From an uncultured Defluviitaleaceae bacterium (GTDB lineage: Bacteria > Bacillota > Clostridia > Lachnospirales > WRAX01): a stretch of DNA of 39,625 nt. Each line of letters begins with the position of its first letter. Within the stretch, counting starts at the first letter, position 1. This document shows, one piece after another, positions 16,623-23,445 of this stretch. The DNA lies in NCBI GenBank assembly GCA_964449985.1, contig CAYVCG010000008.1, forward strand, positions 7,805 through 47,429, written 5' to 3'. Below the pieces are notes generated by a model. The model did no database searches and had not been told where the DNA came from. It worked only from the letters and a program-made list of their open reading frames with translations. Both the position numbers and the translations under genes were made by a program.

Positions 16623-19319
16623 CTATAAAATCCAGCTCTTAATACGCGGCTTTTCCCTAAGCTTTTCTGTAATTATGCCCTCAACCATATCATATTTAAA
16701 CAGGCGTTCATAAATAAGGGCGTTGTTAATAACAAAAAAAGAATCATCTTTTATTTCAGACAGTTTCATATCAGAATTCTCAACAACACTTTGCTTGGAA
16801 ACGATGCTGCCCGTTTCCATTTCTTCACTGAAATAATACGTTATTTTTTCACCGTAAAAATGCGTCACATGGGCAAAATACAGCCCAAACCTTAAATAAC
16901 GCATCCTTTTGCTCCGAAACTCGGGCTCGTTGTCTGTTTTGTAATAAAGCTTTATTATTTTATCAGGAAAACCATGGTATATAAAAGGCTGATTCTTTTC
17001 TATATACGCACTTGTGAATTTTTTGTCTTTTATATGTTTTAATACCGGGAAAATAAAGGCGTCGTCTTCGCATAGCTTCACAGCTTGTTTTATAATCTCA
17101 TCAGACTTAAACGTTGTTATGCCATACCGTGCATATACATGGCAAAGAGCGTATGCAATAAAGCTATCTCCGCTTCCAAAGAACATCCTTTCCATAATTT
17201 CAATCGTTTCATATTCCGGCTTTATATTGTTTATTATTATTTCATAAACGCAAAAAGCAACAAATTCCTCAACAAGCGTATTTTTCGAGTTCATCTCAAA
17301 CATACGTTGGAACACCTTTTGAGAACCTTTATCCATCTGGTGCATAACTATTGCATTTTTAAGAATTATTTCGTCAAGCCCTTGCTCTGCGATAGACATA
17401 TGCGACAGCGCACGGCTTAGCTCTTGCCATTCTTCCTGGCTTCCACGATAGTGGGAAAATATGATTTCCACAAGCGTTTTGTCATACCAGCTTTTTAAGA
17501 CAAGCTCATATGCAACGTTTGCAATGTCTCTATCATAAATATTCTTCACAGCGATTTGTTTAAGCGCATAGAATAGATTTCTGTCAGATATACATTCGGC
17601 TTTTTTAACTATAAGGCTGACAGCTTTTTTATAATCATTCGCATTTATATAAGCTATAAGCATTTGCTCTATATAATTATCATTAAGTTTATTTTCATCA
17701 ACATCCTTATAATACGAAACGGCTTTTGAATAAGCTCCTAAAGATGCATAATAATTCCCTGTTGCTGCACTAATGAGCATCTTAAATGATGCAGACAAGT
17801 CCGCCCTTGCCACAGCAAGCTTAAAAACCCCAATGCTCTCCTCCGGCAAAACCTCCAGCGACATATAGTGCTTTGAAAGCGCGACTATAAGCTCTGGGCT
17901 TGTCATGCCTTTCCCAAAAAAACGTTTATATAGCTCGATATCTGCATTCTCCACAAGCCTCACAGCTGTATACGGCGTTTCTACCAAAGACCTCTGGTCA
18001 GAATCCAAAAACCAACAGGAAAAGCTGGGGCCAGAAGCAATTATAACCTTCGACTTGCCGGTAATGGCATATTTATTCATGTCCCTCCGCTCCGGCTCAG
18101 ACACCCAAATATACTTTGCACTGTCGTTTTCAATAAGAACCCTGAATTTAAACAAATCCTCCCACAAAATCTTTTCTGCCAAGTCCATAAGGCTTTTATC
18201 AGAAGCAGTAACAGCTTCTGATAGATAAAACCTGTAAATACTGTTATAATACCTGCCTGATTCACCCTTTTTTAAGCTTTCAACCGCAAAATCAATAATC
18301 CTGTCTTTATATGCATCAAGCAATTCAAAATTCTTTGGCTTTGTTATTACAAGATGATACGCAAACGGAAGCAGCATAGCCTCCAAATATCCGGTTTTAA
18401 AAAACATATCCAGTGTATAACGGCTTATGTTTTCAACATTGTTATTTGCGGCGGATTTTATAAGCATGTTATAAATATTCGGCAGTTCAATCTGTTTTAG
18501 CTCTGCTTCTTTATAAAAATAAAATGCCGATGACGAATAATCCATCCGCTCCATAAGAGCAGAACAAATACTAGCCAAAACCTCATCATGAGGATACAGC
18601 CTATAAACCTCTTCCACAAGCTTTGGATAAACATTAAAATAAGCCGCCATTGCATATTTAAATTTAAAAACAGCTTCAGAAATATCAAGCTTTTTATTAA
18701 GCGCCCATCTCACGAACCCAAAAAACATCCCGTCATCCACTTTAGAAACGTCTACCGGGGCGTTATTAAAACAATCAAGAAGATATGCAAACATCATTGC
18801 GCTTCGTTCGCCTTTTGCATAAGCCTTCGCAAACAGTAATACAGCTCCGTTATAATCACCATATTCATAAGCTGATACCGCCATAAGCATATCAAACAAT
18901 CCGTTATGGGTATTATCACGAAAATCATTCATGGTTTTCTGCTGTTTCTCAAAAGCGCGGATTTTACCAAGGCGTATGTTATAAAACCCATTAAGAAACG
19001 TATACAGCATAAACCTCTGTGGTTCGTTATTTTTAAAATAGTTTTTGCTGCCTTTTAGAAGATCAAGCAACTGCTTTGCATTATCGAAATTTTCCATCTC
19101 TATGCTAAGAAAGACATCGATGAAATAATGATCAAAACATGCAAAATTTGTTTTGAACACAGAACGGTTTATATGATATCCCTTATAAAGATGGGCTTTA
19201 TCACCCTGAGCCTTATACAAAAGCCAACAGCGCATAGCGACGGCAATAGCGCTCTCGCTTGATTTGTCTATATTAAATTTTTGCTCTATATCATCCAATT
19301 TGTTTTGCAGAACATCCAT
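16623..19319 (-). CDS. 898-aa alpha-helical repeat (TPR-like) protein with a beta-rich C-terminal ~130 aa, function unknown
   Basis: Clean ORF with GGAGG SD. Recurrent TPR-like helices (GDYNGAVLLFAKAYAKGE, GAYSKAVSYYKDVDE, NDYKKAVSLIVKKAE). No enzymatic motif recognised. Sits 33 nt upstream of the first Hsp70. Confidence 0.7.
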   Translation of the reverse strand: MDVLQNKLDDIEQKFNIDKSSESAIAVAMRCWLLYKAQGDKAHLYKGYHINRSVFKTNFACFDHYFIDVFLSIEMENFDNAKQLLDLLKGSKNYFKNNEPQRFMLYTFLNGFYNIRLGKIRAFEKQQKTMNDFRDNTHNGLFDMLMAVSAYEYGDYNGAVLLFAKAYAKGERSAMMFAYLLDCFNNAPVDVSKVDDGMFFGFVRWALNKKLDISEAVFKFKYAMAAYFNVYPKLVEEVYRLYPHDEVLASICSALMERMDYSSSAFYFYKEAELKQIELPNIYNMLIKSAANNNVENISRYTLDMFFKTGYLEAMLLPFAYHLVITKPKNFELLDAYKDRIIDFAVESLKKGESGRYYNSIYRFYLSEAVTASDKSLMDLAEKILWEDLFKFRVLIENDSAKYIWVSEPERRDMNKYAITGKSKVIIASGPSFSCWFLDSDQRSLVETPYTAVRLVENADIELYKRFFGKGMTSPELIVALSKHYMSLEVLPEESIGVFKLAVARADLSASFKMLISAATGNYYASLGAYSKAVSYYKDVDENKLNDNYIEQMLIAYINANDYKKAVSLIVKKAECISDRNLFYALKQIAVKNIYDRDIANVAYELVLKSWYDKTLVEIIFSHYRGSQEEWQELSRALSHMSIAEQGLDEIILKNAIVMHQMDKGSQKVFQRMFEMNSKNTLVEEFVAFCVYEIIINNIKPEYETIEIMERMFFGSGDSFIAYALCHVYARYGITTFKSDEIIKQAVKLCEDDAFIFPVLKHIKDKKFTSAYIEKNQPFIYHGFPDKIIKLYYKTDNEPEFRSKRMRYLRFGLYFAHVTHFYGEKITYYFSEEMETGSIVSKQSVVENSDMKLSEIKDDSFFVINNALIYERLFKYDMVEGIITEKLREKPRIKSWIL

Positions 19320-19347
19320 GCATTTGCCTCCGGGCGGTTACAGCGTT

Positions 19348-20568
19348 TTACGCTTCAAAATATAAGCCTCCGATAAAAACTTTTAACACCTTTTTAAACG
19401 GCTTTTCATCAACATACGCTTTTACGGTTATAAATGTTTCTAAAACAGGCTGTTTTTTTAGCGCGAATTGCGCTGCCGCCAGCCCTGTTAGCCGGACAGA
19501 AAACGGTATCTCTGCATAACCACTCACCAAATACCGCTTTCCCTCAAACTTTATGAAAGTATCCTCCGCCAAAACCTCCAGCATCATATCTTTAAACGTA
19601 TTGTTAATAACGATTATTCTTCCCATGTCTTCAAAACCAAATGACTGGCGGGATAAAGACAAATCAAGCGGATTCTCTTTGCACACATTAACGAATATAT
19701 TCGTATTAGTGTTAACGAGCCTTAACGTTGCTGATGCAAATTTTTGCCGCAAAAGATTCGGATAAATAATATAGCTTGCTTCAAAAAAACCCGCCTCGTC
19801 AAAATCCGCTGCTGTTATACTATCAGTCATAAGCTTTATCCACGGAGTATCTTTCGAGTTTATAATTTCAATCCGCTCATCAAGATAGCCCCAGCCTTTA
19901 AGCCTGAGCGGTATAACGCCTGTTACGGCGTCTGTTTCTGCCGGCCTTATCCTTGTTGACAATCTGTTTTCAATGACGGATATTTCGGCCTTGTTTTTTA
20001 GGCCATTTAATACAAGAAAATTATCAATCGCCCGTTCTTTGTTCGGATCTCTGGCAAAATGCTCATACATATCCATATGCTCATAATTCATGCTTAACAG
20101 CCACATCAAAAATTCCTTCTGCGAAAACAGCTTCCGTGATTCTACAGGGCTTTTCTTTACATAAAGCAAAAAGTCTTTAAGGGTGCCCAACCGGCTTCCA
20201 TCTTTTGCTATAACGGCTGGTGGGATAATTTTTATTAAAACAGGGATTATTGCCTCTCCGCCGTTTGATGTTATTAATGCGCTTGTATGGATTGTATCGC
20301 CTTTTTTATAAATGTCCAAATTAAATCTATATGTTATTTTAATATTATTTCCACGAAATTCCGTCGGAGAAAATTCCAGCCCATGGGAGTTGGAGGTTAT
20401 TGTTCCAAAAAGCTCACCCCCGCCTATATTGGACACACAAAATCCACCCTCAAAGCACTCCGATGTCTCGATGGATATATTATCGGTATCGACTTGTATT
20501 ACAGGCAAAGGGTATTCAAATTGTTTTAGTATATCCGATTTTTTATTATCAACTTGTTTTATATCCAT
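19348..20568 (-). CDS. 406-aa protein of unknown function with an N-terminal Ig-like/beta-sandwich signature
   Basis: Clean ORF with AAGAAGG SD. The N-terminal segment FEGGFCVSNIGGGELFGTITSNSHGLEFSPTEFRGNNIKITYRF resembles PapD/ASH-type beta-sandwich modules. No signal peptide or TM segment seen. Confidence 0.65.
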   Translation of the reverse strand: MDIKQVDNKKSDILKQFEYPLPVIQVDTDNISIETSECFEGGFCVSNIGGGELFGTITSNSHGLEFSPTEFRGNNIKITYRFNLDIYKKGDTIHTSALITSNGGEAIIPVLIKIIPPAVIAKDGSRLGTLKDFLLYVKKSPVESRKLFSQKEFLMWLLSMNYEHMDMYEHFARDPNKERAIDNFLVLNGLKNKAEISVIENRLSTRIRPAETDAVTGVIPLRLKGWGYLDERIEIINSKDTPWIKLMTDSITAADFDEAGFFEASYIIYPNLLRQKFASATLRLVNTNTNIFVNVCKENPLDLSLSRQSFGFEDMGRIIVINNTFKDMMLEVLAEDTFIKFEGKRYLVSGYAEIPFSVRLTGLAAAQFALKKQPVLETFITVKAYVDEKPFKKVLKVFIGGLYFEA

Positions 20569-20612
20569 ATGAAAAACCTTCTTTTAAAAAACAAACGTTT
20601 GTACCCAAGGCA

Positions 20613-21962
20613 TTATCGACCAAGCATCTTGAAGTTCATATCCATTTGCTCTTTTATGCTCATTATTGCATTCATTTCAGACCTGCTTTGCTCTTGCATT
20701 TGGGCAAACACGCTTTGCAGCCGTTCGATAAGCTCTGAGTTGGATTTTATAATTGAATCAAGATTTTGGCGCAAAGATTCATTTATGCCATTATAAGCCT
20801 CTTGCACCTGAAAATCAATTATCCTGCCCATTCCTTCGCCAATCTGCGATGTTATTTCTTTCAATGTCAGCTCGTATTGCTGCAAACTGTTCTCTAAAGC
20901 AATTTGGTTCGTTTTTAAATATTTGAGCTGCTGCTCGACTTCATCGTTTCTTGCCATATAGTTCGAATTACTGGTATACAAGGCATCCGCCGTCTTCTCC
21001 AGGCTTGCTACCTGTTTTGAAAGAGATGAAAAATAATCACCCATGCTGCCAGACATCTTCGCAAACCCACCATCAACAATATTTGATAGCTTCTCAACGC
21101 CCTGAATGGATACGTTTAGCGAAGCAAGCGTCTTGTTAAAGTTATCCTGCCCTTTGACAGCTTCATTGATTGTATCGCGCCATTTTTTAATAGGCTCATC
21201 CAATATTTCTTTATGATTTAACACAGATGTCATAGCGTTTTCAACGTTTTCTGTCATTGCCGCCATGGATTTTCCCATCGCCTCTCCAAGCTCAGTGCCC
21301 AGCATACTTATGGTCTCTCTAAGGCCGGACGTTTGCGCCTGAATAGAATTCTTTATATCCACCCTAAGCAGATTAATAGCCGAAACAGGATCCTTACCAA
21401 AAAACTTGTTGATTTCTATTTCCATAAAGTTGGACATTTCGAAAACTATCTTGCTTTCAACAGCTGTATAATCCAAGAATAAGCCAACAACCTTTATGAC
21501 GACAAACAAAAATACGCAAATCGCAGCTACGGTAGCTTTTTCATTCACCGTTAGCGTTAAAATAATCCCTATTAGGAGTATGCTTTTTTCAAACGTGTCC
21601 AAAACACCTTTATAGCTTTTTAAGTTAAGCAAAAGAAAGCGCGATCTTCCCAACTGCCGCTCAACAACATCTCTGGGAGACAGATGAACAACACCTTTTT
21701 CCACAACGGAAACGTAAAACTTAACGACCTTGCTGAAAAACCCAAATTTTATATTTTCTAATTCCTTTTTTTCGTTAATCTCTTTAGACTGCAACAAATA
21801 TGTGGCATAAATATTCTGATAAGCGATGAATAACGCGATTCTAAAGATAAGAGCCAAAAGAGAAACGCCTATAAGGCATTGCAGCCCCATCTGAGCGCCA
21901 TAGTCATATATCCCTATTGATGTATAAAACTCTGTATAAAATACCGGTATTTGAAATGGCAT
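20613..21962 (-). CDS. 449-aa membrane-anchored coiled-coil protein, first gene of the operon
   Basis: About three hydrophobic helices (LQCLIGVSLLALIFRIALFIA; ILLIGIILTLTV; VAAICVFLFVVIKVVGLFL). These are followed by ~270 aa of heptad-like, Q/E/S/N-rich helical sequence. GGAGG SD 7 nt upstream of the ATG. Confidence 0.75.
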   Translation of the reverse strand: MPFQIPVFYTEFYTSIGIYDYGAQMGLQCLIGVSLLALIFRIALFIAYQNIYATYLLQSKEINEKKELENIKFGFFSKVVKFYVSVVEKGVVHLSPRDVVERQLGRSRFLLLNLKSYKGVLDTFEKSILLIGIILTLTVNEKATVAAICVFLFVVIKVVGLFLDYTAVESKIVFEMSNFMEIEINKFFGKDPVSAINLLRVDIKNSIQAQTSGLRETISMLGTELGEAMGKSMAAMTENVENAMTSVLNHKEILDEPIKKWRDTINEAVKGQDNFNKTLASLNVSIQGVEKLSNIVDGGFAKMSGSMGDYFSSLSKQVASLEKTADALYTSNSNYMARNDEVEQQLKYLKTNQIALENSLQQYELTLKEITSQIGEGMGRIIDFQVQEAYNGINESLRQNLDSIIKSNSELIERLQSVFAQMQEQSRSEMNAIMSIKEQMDMNFKMLGR

Positions 21963-22005
21963 TAATAAACCTCCAAAAAAAACTTCTGTTTATATTTCGG
22001 AATAT

Positions 22006-22034
22006 ATTATACCATCTTTAATTAATGCTGTATA
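22006..22034 (-). promoter_or_regulatory. Predicted sigma-A promoter of the multi-Hsp70 operon (extended -10)
   Basis: The minus strand reads TATACA, then 17 nt, then TGgTATAAT. The -10 is at 22006-22011, the TG at 22013-22014 and the -35 at 22029-22034. It lies ~45 nt upstream of the ATG at 21962. Confidence 0.55.
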
Positions 22035-22072
22035 CAAGGATTGTTAAAACTTTTTTTACGCAAAACACCCGA

Positions 22073-22101
22073 TTGACAAAGGTTGTGCGCTAAGCTAAAA
22101 T
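22073..22101 (+). promoter_or_regulatory. Predicted sigma-A promoter for the divergent 408-aa gene
   Basis: Consensus TTGACA (22073-22078), a 17-nt spacer, then TAAAAT (22096-22101). It lies 45 nt upstream of the ATG at 22146, which has an AAGGGGG SD. Confidence 0.6.
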
Positions 22102-22145
22102 TGTTTATATTTAACACAGGACTAAAATTTAAGGGGGTAGCTTAA

Positions 22146-23372
22146 ATGGTTATTGACAGGTTAATTATTTATTCGTCAATACATGGTTTTGAGGACAATA
22201 TAACAGCTGTTGAAACGGTATTCCGAAACAGGAAATTTGATATCAAGATTTCTGGCGGAAACATAACAATAGTTAATAAAAAATTGTTTTCCAAACAAAT
22301 AGTAAATGCCGAAATAATAACTCATGAGAACGCCGAGGATAAGTTCTGCGAACAAATAAATAAGCTTAAAAACCGTATGTCAGAAGAAAAATATCAGGAT
22401 GAGGAAACAAAAAAATCAATACTTACCCAAGCTTCATGCACAAATGCAATTATTGTATTTGAATCAGACGGAAACATACCAGAAAATGTAATTGAGGCAA
22501 TTACCGAAGTTGTGGGCAGGCTTTGCGCTATGGCTCTTTCTGAAGACGGAGTTGTTTTTAACAATGAATTCAATCCTATTTACGACTCTAATGGAATACG
22601 GACTGAAGCCAACTTCAACATTTATGCTGATGGCATTGCCGTTAACATTGTTGGGATTGATGAAACTAATGAAAACACTGCTAGAAAGCAAATCTCTATA
22701 TCCCGCCTTAAAGAGCTTGGCATACCTGTTGTGGAAAATATGCCTGTTCTGCCAGATTCCAGTCAGGCGGTTTTTCGTTCGAAAGACGATATTTGCGAAC
22801 GCATGGTTTCTCTAATGTTTCTTATACAATATGCATGTGAGGTTGCGCAGGGAGCGGATTTGGACAATGCACGTGATTCTGTTGTTGATTTGCTGAACAA
22901 ATACGAGGTTTTGGACTGTTTAACGCCGTCGGAGCAACAGTTTTTATATAGGACTATCCCCGATGTTGACGCTGCGGTAAAAATAACTTGGCAATACGAG
23001 GCTTGTTGGATTCTTGCATGGGCGCTCGGATATGCAGAAGACTTGGGGCTTCCTGATGAGATGAGCGATAGCGAGGATATCGCAAAGGCAGTGTTGCAAT
23101 TTGATTGTTATGACGATTTTTATGACAATGCTGCCCTTAGGCCAAAAACCGAAATTCTGGATCATGCCGATTTTACATACCGATTGGATTTGGCGTGTGT
23201 TTCTGCAAAGGCAAAAAAAACTGTTATGCCGCACAATATCAACTCTAAAATAACAGCCGAACGCAATCGGGCGTTTAGCTGGCTTTTAAACAGCAAGGGT
23301 TCCGGCTGGGACGACGTTACCCTTGCTGAGCAGATTTTCAGTAAAGGTCTGCCGCAGGAAATTGACGATTGA
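22146..23372 (+). CDS. Hypothetical two-domain cytoplasmic protein (C-terminal half possibly DUF4272-like)
   Basis: Clean ORF with promoter and SD. The C-terminal motif WQYEACWILAWALGY recalls, from memory, the W..E..W.L.WALG signature of DUF4272. This is unverified. Confidence 0.6.
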   Translation: MVIDRLIIYSSIHGFEDNITAVETVFRNRKFDIKISGGNITIVNKKLFSKQIVNAEIITHENAEDKFCEQINKLKNRMSEEKYQDEETKKSILTQASCTNAIIVFESDGNIPENVIEAITEVVGRLCAMALSEDGVVFNNEFNPIYDSNGIRTEANFNIYADGIAVNIVGIDETNENTARKQISISRLKELGIPVVENMPVLPDSSQAVFRSKDDICERMVSLMFLIQYACEVAQGADLDNARDSVVDLLNKYEVLDCLTPSEQQFLYRTIPDVDAAVKITWQYEACWILAWALGYAEDLGLPDEMSDSEDIAKAVLQFDCYDDFYDNAALRPKTEILDHADFTYRLDLACVSAKAKKTVMPHNINSKITAERNRAFSWLLNSKGSGWDDVTLAEQIFSKGLPQEIDD

Positions 23373-23393
23373 TTTTCGTTTAAAGCATAAAAG

Positions 23394-23423
23394 CAGAGGG
23401 GGTTTTCGGAAAAACTCCCTCTG
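23394..23423. terminator. Convergent-gene terminator hairpin
   Basis: 9-bp stem cagaggggg/ctccctctg (one G:T), 23394-23402 / 23415-23423. It lies between the + gene stop (23372) and the addA stop (23446). A U-rich tail follows only on the minus strand. Confidence 0.5.
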
Positions 23424-23445
23424 GCTGTTGGAAAAACATCCTGAT

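Noticed and set aside
20591-20602. Perfect 12-bp palindrome ACAAACGTTTGT in the spacer between operon genes 1 and 2
   Set aside because: It is too short and has no loop, so it cannot form an RNA hairpin. It is a single occurrence with no second half-site or partner regulator visible, and could be chance in AT-rich DNA.
6315-21962. Possibility that the Hsp70 cluster sits on a mobile or genomic island
   Set aside because: There is no integrase, transposase, tRNA target, flanking direct repeat or phage gene in the window. By eye, base composition and SD usage match the flanking core genes. This does not exclude a defence role, but it gives no island evidence.
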